From Acidobacteriota bacterium (GTDB taxonomy: Bacteria > Acidobacteriota > Vicinamibacteria > Vicinamibacterales > 2-12-FULL-66-21), in assembly GCA_013694845.1 (NCBI GenBank), contig JACDBQ010000046.1:1-49589 (forward strand): DNA of 49,589 bases, in the 5' to 3' direction. The position numbers and the translations under genes were made by a program. The notes under the pieces were generated by a model that was not told where the DNA came from, did not search any database, and was given only the letters and a program-made list of their open reading frames with translations. Below are positions 1 through 8,533 of the stretch, one piece after another (the stretch's first letter is position 1; each line of letters begins with the position of its first letter).

Positions 1-656
1 AAAGACGCGGTGCCGCCATAGTCGTCCCGCGCGACCCGCCTGAACAGGGTCACCCGCATGTTGGGTGCGACGACGGTCCACGGGGTGCCGTGATCGACGT
101 AGGTCACATGTCCCCGGGAGGCGAGAAGGTTCCGCATGGTCGTCTTGAACCATCTCGGCTTCCTCGGCTTGGTGGGATCCCGCGGCGGACCGTTGACGCG
201 CGGGAAGTTATTACGGCCACCGACGAAGCTTTCCACCACCATCTCCCAGTCGGTCATCTCCAACGACTCGACGATCAGCTCCTTGCTGAAGATCGTCCAC
301 CACGGCAGCGAGACCGTGAGCTTCCGAGCCTTCAGGAACGGCCGGTCGGTCGGCTGGAGCCCCTCGATGACGACGTCGTCGAACTGGAAAACACCGGGCG
401 TAACCTTGGCGTGGATCCTGCCGATGGTCATCTTTCGCGCCAGGTAGGCGGAGCCCCGCTTCTCCGCTTCCGCTTTGAGGCCAGGCCAGAGACGCGCTAC
501 GTCGACGGTGAAGAAGGTAACGATGAGGGCGGCGACGACGGCGGTGAAAACCGTCAGCGGGTAGACGAACCAGCGCGGGAGGCGCGGGCGCCGCCTTGCG
601 CGTTCAGCGGGCGGCTCCTCCGGGGTGGCCGGTGTCGGGTCTTCGTTGAGGGCCAT
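1..656 (-). CDS. AsmA/TamB-like membrane protein, N-terminal part (continues beyond left edge)
   Basis: Missing from the ORF track because it is open at the window edge. Reverse translation from ATG 656-654 gives MALNEDPTPATPEEPPAERARRRPRLPRWFVYPLTVFTAVVAALIVTFFTVD...KLTVSLPWWTIFSKELIVESLEMTDWEMVVE..., i.e. a basic stretch, one TM helix, then beta-rich sequence. No stop codon down to position 1. The start lies 4 nt after the upstream stop. The family call rests on motif resemblance only. Confidence 0.6.
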   Translation of the reverse strand, partial: MALNEDPTPATPEEPPAERARRRPRLPRWFVYPLTVFTAVVAALIVTFFTVDVARLWPGLKAEAEKRGSAYLARKMTIGRIHAKVTPGVFQFDDVVIEGLQPTDRPFLKARKLTVSLPWWTIFSKELIVESLEMTDWEMVVESFVGGRNNFPRVNGPPRDPTKPRKPRWFKTTMRNLLASRGHVTYVDHGTPWTVVAPNMRVTLFRRVARDDYGGTAS

Positions 657-659
657 CGA

Positions 660-1169
660 TCATTCGATGACGAGCAGGACACGGCCGGCTTCGACCAGGG
701 TGCCCGGCGTCACGTTGATTTCCTTGACCTTGCCGGCCCTGGGCGCGCGCAGCTCGTTTTCCATCTTCATAGCTTCGACGACGACGACGCCCTGGCGGAC
801 GGCGACCTCGTCCCCGGCCGCCACCAGCACGCGGACCACACGCCCCGGCATCGGGGCCACGACGGTTTGCTCGCCGTCGCCCCCGCCAGCATCGACACCG
901 GCGCGTCCTGTGCGGCGCCCGTTGACGGTGGCGGCGATCGTCCGGCCCGACAGCGAGACCAGGAGCTCACCGCGGGTCGTACCGGGCGTCACCTGCACTT
1001 CGCGGCTGATGCCAGCCTGGCCGTCCAGCAGGGAAAGGCCATAGACGCCGACCCGGGCCGCATTGATCTCGTGCAGTTGGCCATCGAGCGAAACGCGGTA
1101 CTTCCCTCCAACTGTCTTTTCGATCGCGACGGTACGGGTACGGCCGTTGATGTCGATCTCGAACGTCAT
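660..1169 (-). CDS. biotin carboxyl carrier / biotinyl-domain subunit of an acyl-CoA carboxylase
   Basis: 169 aa. The C-terminal biotinyl domain carries the VVVEAMKMENEL (AMKM) motif. ATGA start/stop overlap with the biotin carboxylase gene. Confidence 0.9.
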   Translation of the reverse strand: MTFEIDINGRTRTVAIEKTVGGKYRVSLDGQLHEINAARVGVYGLSLLDGQAGISREVQVTPGTTRGELLVSLSGRTIAATVNGRRTGRAGVDAGGGDGEQTVVAPMPGRVVRVLVAAGDEVAVRQGVVVVEAMKMENELRAPRAGKVKEINVTPGTLVEAGRVLLVIE

Positions 1170-2680
1170 CCGCGGAGCGCCTCACGCCTGGCCGCGTGCT
1201 TCCAGAGCGCAGCGCTTTCCGGCGTTCCCTGGCCGGCAGCCGCCGCACTCGCGCGCAAATATGCATCCAGGCCGGCCGCGATTGCGGCGAGGTCTTCGTC
1301 GTCGGCGTCCAGCTCGTTGAAGCTCTCCCGTCTCGAGGCGAGCAGCCGGTCGAGATAGGTCGTGTCGTATTCGCCGGCGCTGTATTCCGGCTGGCGCATC
1401 AGCCACAGAAAGAATGGGATCGTCGTCCGGATCCCAAGCACCTGATATTCGCGCAGCGCCCGGCGCATGCGGGAAACAGCTTCAGGCCGCGAGCCGCCCC
1501 AGGCGACCAGCTTCGCGATCAGCGAGTCGTAAAACACCGGCACCGTGTAGCCAACGCCCACGCCTCCATCGTCGCGGATCCCGGGGCCGGACGCCGGCCG
1601 CAGGCCGCGCACCAGGCCTGGTGACGGCATGAAGCCGAGATCCGGGTCCTCCGCGTAGATGCGGCACTCGATCGCGTGGCCGTGCGGGCTGAGCGCGCGC
1701 TCCGGATCGATGTCGAGCCGTTCACCGCGGACGATGCGGATCTGCCATTGGACGAGATCGACGCTCGTCACCATCTCGGTGACCGGATGCTCGACCTGCA
1801 GCCGTGTGTTCATCTCGAGGAAGTAGAAAGCACCGGACTCGTCGAGAAGAAACTCGATCGTGCCGGCGTTCGTGTAGCCGACCGACCTGGCCACGGACGC
1901 GGCCGCCGCCGCGATCCTTCGCCGCAACCCGGGATCGACGGCGATTGAGGGGGATTCTTCGACGACCTTCTGATGGCGTCGCTGGATCGAGCATTCGCGC
2001 TCGACGAATGGAATGACGGTTCCATGGTGGTCGCCGAGCAACTGGATCTCGATGTGGCGCGGGTTGATGATCCGACGCTCGAGATAGACCGCGCTGTCGC
2101 CGAAGGCGGAGCCGGCTTCGGAGCGCGCGGTCCGGATCGCGGGAAGCAGTTCTTCCGGCTTCTCGACCGTCCGCATGCCTTTTCCGCCGCCGCCGGCGAC
2201 GGCTTTCACGACCAGGGGATAACCGACGCCGGCTCCGGCGGCGGCGATCTCCGCGGCCGATGCATCCGCAGCGAACGGTTGCTCGAGGCCGGGCACGACC
2301 GGCACACCGGCCCTGATCGCCGCCTCGCGTGCCGCGGTCTTGCTTCCCATCAGCCCGATTGCTTCCGGCGACGGACCGATGAACGTCAATCCCGCGTCGC
2401 GACAGGCGCGGGCGAAGACCGCGTTCTCGGCCAGGAAGCCATACCCGGGATGGATCGCGTCGGCGCCGGTCCGTCGCGCCGCCTCGATGATCCCTTCGAT
2501 CCGCAGATAGCTTTGGGCCGCGGGGCTCGGCCCGATGTGGACCGCCTGATCCGCCTCGCGCACGTGACGCGCATCGCGGTCGCAGTCGGAGTAGACCGCC
2601 ACCGCCGGGATCTCCATCTCGCGACAGGCGCGGATGATCCGGACAGCGATCTCCCCTCGATTGGCAATGAGGATCTTCAT
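1166..2680 (-). CDS. accC: biotin carboxylase (ATP-grasp) subunit of acetyl/propionyl-CoA carboxylase
   Basis: 504 aa. MKILIANRGEIAVRIIRACREMEIPAVAVYS, HPGYGFLAEN and EMNTRLQVEHPVTE are classic biotin carboxylase motifs. Confidence 0.93.
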   Translation of the reverse strand: MKILIANRGEIAVRIIRACREMEIPAVAVYSDCDRDARHVREADQAVHIGPSPAAQSYLRIEGIIEAARRTGADAIHPGYGFLAENAVFARACRDAGLTFIGPSPEAIGLMGSKTAAREAAIRAGVPVVPGLEQPFAADASAAEIAAAGAGVGYPLVVKAVAGGGGKGMRTVEKPEELLPAIRTARSEAGSAFGDSAVYLERRIINPRHIEIQLLGDHHGTVIPFVERECSIQRRHQKVVEESPSIAVDPGLRRRIAAAAASVARSVGYTNAGTIEFLLDESGAFYFLEMNTRLQVEHPVTEMVTSVDLVQWQIRIVRGERLDIDPERALSPHGHAIECRIYAEDPDLGFMPSPGLVRGLRPASGPGIRDDGGVGVGYTVPVFYDSLIAKLVAWGGSRPEAVSRMRRALREYQVLGIRTTIPFFLWLMRQPEYSAGEYDTTYLDRLLASRRESFNELDADDEDLAAIAAGLDAYLRASAAAAGQGTPESAALWKHAARREALRG

Positions 2681-2750
2681 GAAGCTGATGTCGACGCTAC
2701 CGGCACGGCCACTCGGGCATTCTGGCCGTCAAGTGTAGCAGGCGGTCTTG

Positions 2751-2785
2751 ATGAGGGATGGGGGATCAGGGATGGCGGTTCCAGG
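2751..2785. repeat. heptanucleotide tandem array, 5 units
   Basis: ATGAGGG ATGGGGG ATCAGGG ATGGCGG TTCCAGG, all in phase. Located in the gap upstream of accC, at the left border of the degraded island. Confidence 0.7.
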
Positions 2786-2819
2786 GCGTACCAAACTGCA
2801 TACCGGAGACCACGCTTCC

Positions 2820-2993
2820 CTAGATCGTTTGACACTTGTTGAGCTCAGCCTCGGACCGCGCCAGTCTCCATACGTACCTGATAAAGTCGCCCGCCCCCGG
2901 CCACTCGGACAGTTCGCGCAAGTACGCCCGGTAATAAAAACGAAAGACCTCGATCGGGCCGCGCTGGATACGGAGTCTCCTCAAGAACGGCAT
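2820..2993 (-). CDS. possible small orphan ORF (57 aa) downstream of the RHS fragment
   Basis: MPFLRRLRIQRGPIEVFRFYYRAYLRELSEWPGAGDFIRYVWRLARSEAELNKCQTI. Lies in a locally AT-richer stretch. No recognisable family. Its position after an RHS remnant would fit an orphan immunity-type gene, but that is speculative. Confidence 0.25.
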   Translation of the reverse strand: MPFLRRLRIQRGPIEVFRFYYRAYLRELSEWPGAGDFIRYVWRLARSEAELNKCQTI

Positions 2994-3440
2994 CACGATG
3001 TGCAAGTACAACACGACGCTCTGGTTCGGTGAGATCGACTGTTTTGACCACCGGCCTGAAACCACACCGCACGCTCGTGAACGAAGACAGCGACGCCGAC
3101 CGGGCGGTGTAGGTCGTCACCCCGTTGACCGAGCGCGACACGCGCAGCCCGGAGGGATCGTAGCCGTAGGTGGCATTGACGTTCGGTCCCGTGAACTGGG
3201 TTACCAGGCCGACGCGTTGTCTGATAGGTGCCGCGACCATCGGCCTGGAGTTGCCCGAGATCGCTGTCGCCGAGGGACTCGGTCCGCGCACCCGTCGTCG
3301 ATGCCAATCGGCGCGTGCTGGCGTTGTAGTGGATAGGGCGTCGTCCCGGCCCCGTCTCCATCAAACGATCACCGGAGGGGGTGGTACTCGCCACGATCGC
3401 TGCCGCCAAGGCCCCCACCGCGTCCAGGCGGTTGCGCCTT
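2990..3440 (-). pseudogene. RHS/YD-repeat protein fragment, frameshifted
   Basis: Two frames carry YD-repeat-like text. One reads NRLDAVGALAAAIVASTTPSGDRLMETGPGRRPIHYNASTRRLASTTG. After a frame change the other reads VGLVTQFTGPNVNATYGYDPSGLRVSRSVNGVTTYT. No start codon, no RHS core and no C-terminal toxin domain. Confidence 0.45.
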
Positions 3441-4206
3441 GATCACCTTAACTGAAGCGAAGACCTGCTCCAATGTCTTTGGATAAGTCAGATGGTCGGA
3501 ACGCGATTTGGCGGACGAGCCGGTGTCGAAATCAGAAATGGGGCCTGGTACCTTGTCACAGTCAGTCAAAGTCGCGTCGACCCGATTCGATCGATCATTC
3601 CTGTGGTCCGTACTCGACGCCTCGGCCCGTGACCTTGATCTGCACGGGGCTGGCCGCGGCAGGGATCCTCAACCTGCGGTCGTCGAACGAGGGGCCGCCT
3701 TCAAATCGGACGGACGCGGAAATCCAGTCAGTGATCGGACATTCCAGTCGAATAGTCTCCGCAACGGCGAGCTCGAAGACCAGCAACAAATCCTGGCATT
3801 CGATCGATATCACACTTAAGCGAAAAGGGGAACTGTTGGTGAAGGACACAGAACGTGTAGCCGGAAGGCGGCCGTTCGCATTGACGAATCGAAGGGCATT
3901 GGGTCGAATCCAGTCTTCGGTTGGAAATTCCTGGCGAAATGCGACGTCACGACGATCGGCGCGGAAGACGACGAGCGGCTCGTTTCAAGAGCGGTCCACC
4001 AACTCTGCACGCACGACGTACGAGACGAACTCGGCCCGTCGGTTTGCTGTGTAACTCGCCGCGCAGCCGGACCTGATAACCGGCGGAGGATGTCTGCGTC
4101 GTGTAAGTGGCTTGAGACGTCCGATACGTTCGACTTCGCTGGCGAATGGATTCTGCCGCCGAAGGAATTGCACAGATGCGCGTGTCCCCGGCTGACACGG
4201 CACACC

Positions 4207-4212
4207 TATAAT
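4207..4212 (+). promoter_or_regulatory. perfect TATAAT -10 hexamer 8 nt upstream of ATG 4221 (possible leaderless transcript)
   Basis: tataat at 4207-4212. I found no convincing -35 element. Confidence 0.3.
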
Positions 4213-4220
4213 GGCTGCGC

Positions 4221-4445
4221 ATGGGAAGCAAGGCGGCTCGCGAGGCCGCGCAACGCCGGTCCCGGCGAGTGGCCGCCATGTCACCTGCCGAGCGCGTCGC
4301 CCTGGCGCATCGGCTTGCTGAAGCGGGGATCGCCGCCTACATGCTGACGCACGGCATCGATCGCCGTACGGCCGTCGCCCGGATCAAGGCGACGCGCCGG
4401 CTGGGCCGCCGGCACTCCGCGTGCGACGCTGCCGATGAACATTGA
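4221..4445 (+). CDS. small basic protein, putative antitoxin-like partner of the downstream nucleotidyltransferase-fold gene
   Basis: 74 aa. MGSKAAREAAQRRSRRVAAMSPAERVALAHRLAEAGIAAYMLTHGIDRRTAVARIKATRRLGRRHS. Overlaps the next ORF by 11 nt. Confidence 0.5.
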   Translation: MGSKAAREAAQRRSRRVAAMSPAERVALAHRLAEAGIAAYMLTHGIDRRTAVARIKATRRLGRRHSACDAADEH

Positions 4446-4693
4446 TCCGGTTCGCCGTGCGCTCGACGCGATCGCCGCGCCCTATGCGCTGATCGGCGGA
4501 CACGCGATGGCGGCGCGCGGCTACCCGCGCTTCACCGTCGATGTCGATCTACTGACAACCGATCACCGCGTGCTGAAACGGGAGACCTGGACGGCGTTGG
4601 AGCGAACAGGGACTGCCGTCGACCGCCGCACGTCGCACGTCGCACGTCGCACGTCGCACGTCGCACGTCGCACGTGGAACATCGCACGTGTCC
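4435..4693 (+). pseudogene. nucleotidyltransferase-fold protein truncated after ~64 codons by a heptamer array
   Basis: The N-terminus ALIGGHAMAARGYPRFTVDVDLLTTDHRVLKRETWTALERTGTAVDRR looks like the start of a nucleotidyltransferase fold (GG...R...DxD). The frame then runs into (CGCACGT)n, translated as RRTSHVARRTSHVARRT. After that it is only open antisense to the 3' end of pccB. Confidence 0.5.
4627..4689. repeat. heptanucleotide microsatellite, (CGCACGT) x7, one diverged unit, then one more unit
   Basis: Seven perfect in-phase units at 4627-4675, then GGAACAT, then CGCACGT at 4683-4689. Ends 4 nt before the pccB stop codon. Confidence 0.95.
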
Positions 4694-6235
4694 TTACAAC
4701 GGGATATTCCCATGCTTCTTGGGCGGATTCTTGTCTCGTTTGGTCTCGAGGGTCGCGAGTGCGGCAATCAGCCTGGCGCGCGTCTGCCGGGGGCGGATTA
4801 CTTCGTCCACGAACCCGCGAGCCGCGGCGACGTAGGGGTTGGCGAACTTCTCCTTGAACTCGGCAACGCGTTTCGCCCGCGCCGCATCCTTGTCGGAGGC
4901 GGCGTCGATCTCACGCTTGTAGAGAATGTTCACCGCGCCTTCGGGGCCCATCACCGCGATCTCGGCACTCGGCCAGGCGAAGTTCACGTCCGTCCGTATG
5001 TGCTTGCTGGACATGACGCAGTAGGCGCCGCCGTAGGCCTTCCGGGTGATGACGGTGAGCTTCGGCACGGTGGCTTCCGCATACGCGAACAGGAGCTTGG
5101 CGCCATGGCGGATGATCCCGCCGTACTCCTGGCGCGTGCCGGGCAGAAAACCGGGAACGTCTTCGAACGTGACCAGCGGGATGTTGAAAGCGTCGCAAAA
5201 ACGGACGAACCGGGCGGCCTTGACTGACGCGTCGATATCGAGCGTGCCGGCAAGGTGGGCCGGCTGATTCGCCACGATTCCCACGCTGCGTCCCCCGAGC
5301 CGGGCGAACCCGACGATGATGTTCTTCGCGTAGTGGCGATGGACTTCGAGGAACGCCTGTTCGTCCGCGATGATGTGCACGAGATCGTGCATGTCGTAGG
5401 GCTGATTCGGCGACTCCGGCACGAGCGTCTCGAGCGCTTCGTCCTCGCGGTCGACCGGGTCCAACGTCTCGCGCCGCGGCGCCTCGTCCACGTTGTTGCC
5501 CGGCAGATAACTCAGGAGCTCGCGGATCGTTCGCAGGCAGTCACGGTCGTCGGGAGTCGAGAAATGCGCCACGCCGCTGATCTCGTTGTGAGTCCGGGCG
5601 CCGCCGAGCTCTTCCTTGGTCACCTCTTCGTTCGTGACCGTCCGTATGACGTCGGGCCCGGTCACGAACATGTAGCTCGTGCCCTCGACCATGATGTTGA
5701 AGTCGGTGATCGCCGGCGAGTACACGGCCCCACCGGCGCACGGCCCCATGATCGCGGAAATCTGCGGAATGACGCCTGAGGCCAGGGTGTTCCTGAGAAA
5801 GATGTCGGCGTAGCCCCCCAGTGACAGCACGCCTTCCTGGATGCGCGCCCCCCCCGAGTCGTTGAGCCCGACGATCGGCGCGCCCATCTTCAAGGCGAGA
5901 TCCATCAGCTTCACGATCTTTGCCGCGTTGGTCTCGGAGAGCGATCCGCCGAAGACGGTGAAGTCCTGCGCGAAGGCAAAGACGGGCCGGCCATCCACCC
6001 GGCCCTGTCCCGCGACGACGCCATCGCCCGGGATGATCTGCTCGTCCATCCCGAAATCCCGGCACCGATGCGTCACCAGCTTGTCGACCTCCTGGAACGT
6101 CCCGGGATCGAACAGCAGGTCGATCCGCTCACGCGCGGTCAGCTTGCCGGCGTCGTGCTGCTTCTTCAATCGATCTTCGCCGCCGCCCAGTTCGGCGCGG
6201 CGCTCGAGATCTTCGAGATATTTGAGTGTGTTCAT
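4694..6235 (-). CDS. pccB: acyl-CoA carboxylase carboxyltransferase subunit (propionyl-CoA carboxylase beta / methylmalonyl-CoA carboxyltransferase type)
   Basis: 513 aa. [51 protein letters not shown] and [13 protein letters not shown] are typical carboxyltransferase 12S/PccB motifs. Confidence 0.93.
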   Translation of the reverse strand: MNTLKYLEDLERRAELGGGEDRLKKQHDAGKLTARERIDLLFDPGTFQEVDKLVTHRCRDFGMDEQIIPGDGVVAGQGRVDGRPVFAFAQDFTVFGGSLSETNAAKIVKLMDLALKMGAPIVGLNDSGGARIQEGVLSLGGYADIFLRNTLASGVIPQISAIMGPCAGGAVYSPAITDFNIMVEGTSYMFVTGPDVIRTVTNEEVTKEELGGARTHNEISGVAHFSTPDDRDCLRTIRELLSYLPGNNVDEAPRRETLDPVDREDEALETLVPESPNQPYDMHDLVHIIADEQAFLEVHRHYAKNIIVGFARLGGRSVGIVANQPAHLAGTLDIDASVKAARFVRFCDAFNIPLVTFEDVPGFLPGTRQEYGGIIRHGAKLLFAYAEATVPKLTVITRKAYGGAYCVMSSKHIRTDVNFAWPSAEIAVMGPEGAVNILYKREIDAASDKDAARAKRVAEFKEKFANPYVAAARGFVDEVIRPRQTRARLIAALATLETKRDKNPPKKHGNIPL

Positions 6236-6250
6236 TCGGTCGGGTCGGAA

Positions 6251-6285
6251 GCTATCAGCTATCAGCCATCAGCTGTCAGCCATCG
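6251..6285. repeat. heptanucleotide tandem array, 5 units
   Basis: GCTATCA GCTATCA GCCATCA GCTGTCA GCCATCG. The reverse complement reads GATGGCT GACAGCT GATGGCT GATAGCT GATAGC, which resembles the GAT-type arrays at 2751 and 23257. Confidence 0.8.
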
Positions 6286-6427
6286 TTCTGCACATGATCT
6301 ACGCCTCTGGCACAAAGAGCACGACGAGCACAAGGGACACAAGAAAGGTCGTAGGGTTCCTGGTGACCTTCGTGAGCCTCGTGTTGATATCGTTCCAACG
6401 CCGGCAGACTGCTTTCCACGAGAGGGC

Positions 6428-7081
6428 TCAGACTTTCGCGGCCTGGGCCTGTTCCCAGTCCTTCAGGAATTTCTCGAGACCGATGTCGGTCAGCGGATGC
6501 TTGAAGAGCGCTTCGATCACCGCCGCCGGGCACGTGCAGATGTCCGCGCCGAGCCGCGCGGCCTCGACGATGTGCATCGGGCCACGGGTAGAAGCAACCA
6601 GGATCTCGGTCGTGAACTGGAAGTTCTCGAAGATCTCCACGATGTCGGAAATGAGCCCCATGCCGGAGGTGGCAATGTCGTCTAGCCGGCCGACGAAAGG
6701 ACTCACGTAGGTGGCGCCGACTTTGGCCGCGAGCAACGCCTGGGCCGCCGAGAAGATCAGCGTCACGTTGACCCGCTTGCCTTCACCCGACAGCGCCTTG
6801 CACGCCTTGACCCCCTCGCGCGTGAACGGCACCTTGACCACGATGTGCTCGTCGATCGCCGCCAGCTCGCGTCCTTCGCGGATCATGCCGTCCGCGTCGG
6901 TCGCCACCACTTCCGCGCTGGTCGGGCCCTGCACGATCTGGCAGATCTTCTTCAGGATCTGCTTGTAATCGCCTGGCTCCTTTGCCAGCAGCGAGGGATT
7001 GGTCGTGATCCCGTCGATGATGCCGAGCGGCACGAGGCCTTCGATTTCCTTCAGATTCCCGCTGTCGATGAAGATTTTCAT
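6428..7081 (-). CDS. tal: transaldolase / fructose-6-phosphate aldolase (short TalC/Fsa type)
   Basis: Starts at MKIFIDSGNLKEIEGLVPLGIIDGITTNPSLLAKE (internal Met 53 of track ORF 6428..7237). VTLIFSAAQALLAAKVGATYVSPFVGRLDD is a typical motif. Confidence 0.9.
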   Translation of the reverse strand: MKIFIDSGNLKEIEGLVPLGIIDGITTNPSLLAKEPGDYKQILKKICQIVQGPTSAEVVATDADGMIREGRELAAIDEHIVVKVPFTREGVKACKALSGEGKRVNVTLIFSAAQALLAAKVGATYVSPFVGRLDDIATSGMGLISDIVEIFENFQFTTEILVASTRGPMHIVEAARLGADICTCPAAVIEALFKHPLTDIGLEKFLKDWEQAQAAKV

Positions 7082-7302
7082 GATTGTTTCCCTACCGGAT
7101 TCGTGAGTTCCCCCACGCCTTCGACTTTGATGGTGACGATGTCCCCCCGGCTCCAGCGGCCCGACGCCGGACGGTGTGCCGGTCGAGATCACGTCACCAG
7201 GCAGCCGCGTCATGTTCGCGGGGATGTAGGCCGCCATTCGCCGTCCCGCTCGACCACGTGCCGCAGCTGGCCCTGGTGATCGATTCTGAAGAAACGCTGC
7301 AT
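7078..7302 (-). pseudogene. fumarylacetoacetate hydrolase (FAH) family remnant with an internal deletion and a +1 frameshift
   Basis: An N-terminal stub MQRFFRIDHQGQLRHVVERDGEW is joined out of frame to the FAH C-terminal motif AAYIPANMTRLPGDVISTGTPSGVGPLEPG. A +1 shift in the C6/G6 run at 7143-7148 is then needed to read DIVTIKVEGVGELTNPVGKQS*. That TGA overlaps the tal ATG (ATGA). Confidence 0.6.
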
Positions 7303-7324
7303 CTGATCGCGGTCTCGATAAAAG

Positions 7325-8533
7325 CTACCGGGCTGACTCTTCGACCCGCGCCGACTGCGGGCTCGTATTGGGCGGCGTGGCACGGTCCACCGCCACGACG
7401 ACATACCCGTACCGAACGCCGGATTTGACCGTCGTGTCCTGGTAGGTCGTCTCGCGGATCGGGGTCGCGGTGAGCGCTTGAAGTGTGTCACCGGGAACCT
7501 CACCGCGCAAGATCAGGTATCCGGCTATGTCGCTCTCGGTATTGGCTTCCCAGATCAGACTGATGGTTCCGGCACTGCCGACGGCCGAGAGCCCCTTCGG
7601 CGCGGCGGGCGCGAAGATATCCGACGGCGTGACACACTGCGCGGCCGACGGCAGGCTCTCGAGACTGACCGTTCCGATCACAACCGCAGTGCGGACCACG
7701 AAGCACTCCTCGGTGCCGAACGCGACACCGGTCCGCTCGAACGCGGGCGAGGTCAGCAGCACCGGGTTGAGCGGAGCACTCGCGCCGGGCCGGTAGATGT
7801 TGAAGACCGGCGCTGCGGCGGCCGGGTTCGCTGCCGCGGGGGCGGTCCACGAGACGGTCACCGCCGTTTCGGTGAACTTGACGGCGACCGCATCCGGGGC
7901 GAGGGGCAGCTCGACGAGCGGCAGGATCACGCGCGCGGACGGCTGACCAGGGCGTCCGCCTCGCGTCAAGCCGCGCACCGCGTAAACACGCCGCACGACC
8001 GCTGGCTCGTTGGCGGGCGCAGCGGCCGTTGCCGGCGCGGCCGCTCCGGTAGCCGCTGGCGGCACGACCTCGGGCGGCGCCGGCGTGGTGATCTGCGGCT
8101 TCAGCTTCGCTTCGTTCAGCTCCTCGACGAAGCTGGTGACGTCTCCCGCCGCCGGGCGCTGATCGGTGGCGCCTTCGGCCGTGGGCTCCGGCTCCCCTTC
8201 TTTGCGGGGCGGCTTCACCGGAATGGTGCCGACGAGATACCTGGAGGTCAGGAGATCGCGGTTGGGCGGGTTGGCCGATTCGGCCGCGACGGTGACGGCG
8301 AACACCTCGAGACGATCTAGGGCGACGGGCCCCGGCCCCTCTACGTTCGCGGTCGGAAGCACGAACTGGAGCCGCACCTCGTGGCCGCTGCGACGCGCCT
8401 TGACGTCGGTCACCGGCAACGGCACGAAACGCAGCGGCGCGAGCGGCGGACCCTTCTTGCCACAGGCGGCGAATGCACAGAGCCCAAGCGCAACAGCAGC
8501 CACCTGGCGCCATCGACGCGGACACGGGTTCAC
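7325..8533 (-). CDS. lipoprotein with Ala/Pro-rich linker and fibronectin-III-like C-terminal domains
   Basis: 402 aa. Signal peptide plus lipobox (LCAFAAC). Motifs [13 protein letters not shown] and [23 protein letters not shown]...YGYVVVAVD. 4-nt overlap with the hslU stop. Confidence 0.8.
   Translation of the reverse strand: MNPCPRRWRQVAAVALGLCAFAACGKKGPPLAPLRFVPLPVTDVKARRSGHEVRLQFVLPTANVEGPGPVALDRLEVFAVTVAAESANPPNRDLLTSRYLVGTIPVKPPRKEGEPEPTAEGATDQRPAAGDVTSFVEELNEAKLKPQITTPAPPEVVPPAATGAAAPATAAAPANEPAVVRRVYAVRGLTRGGRPGQPSARVILPLVELPLAPDAVAVKFTETAVTVSWTAPAAANPAAAAPVFNIYRPGASAPLNPVLLTSPAFERTGVAFGTEECFVVRTAVVIGTVSLESLPSAAQCVTPSDIFAPAAPKGLSAVGSAGTISLIWEANTESDIAGYLILRGEVPGDTLQALTATPIRETTYQDTTVKSGVRYGYVVVAVDRATPPNTSPQSARVEESAR

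Noticed and set aside
90-1358. 422-aa plus-strand ORF, together with the other long ORFs overlapping the BCCP, accC and AsmA-like genes
   Set aside because: It is Arg/Gly/Pro/Asp-rich with no recognisable motifs. It lies antisense to three genes with clear family signatures. This is a typical open-frame artefact of high-GC DNA.
3473-4054. 193-aa plus-strand ORF and the other small ORFs listed for 3370-4350
   Set aside because: Their composition is Ser/Arg/Thr-rich and not protein-like, with no start context or motifs. The region is better explained as decayed sequence. Only the minus-strand frame 3595-3984 looks protein-like, and it lacks a start.
4627-4689. Heptamer and other tandem arrays as possible CRISPR arrays
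   Set aside because: The units are 7-35 nt and directly abutting, with no unique spacers, and there are no cas genes in the window.
7082-7237. 52-aa N-terminal extension of the transaldolase ORF as given in the track (6428..7237)
   Set aside because: Transaldolase homologues start at MKIF… (7081). The extension is actually the out-of-frame C-terminal block of the FAH pseudogene.
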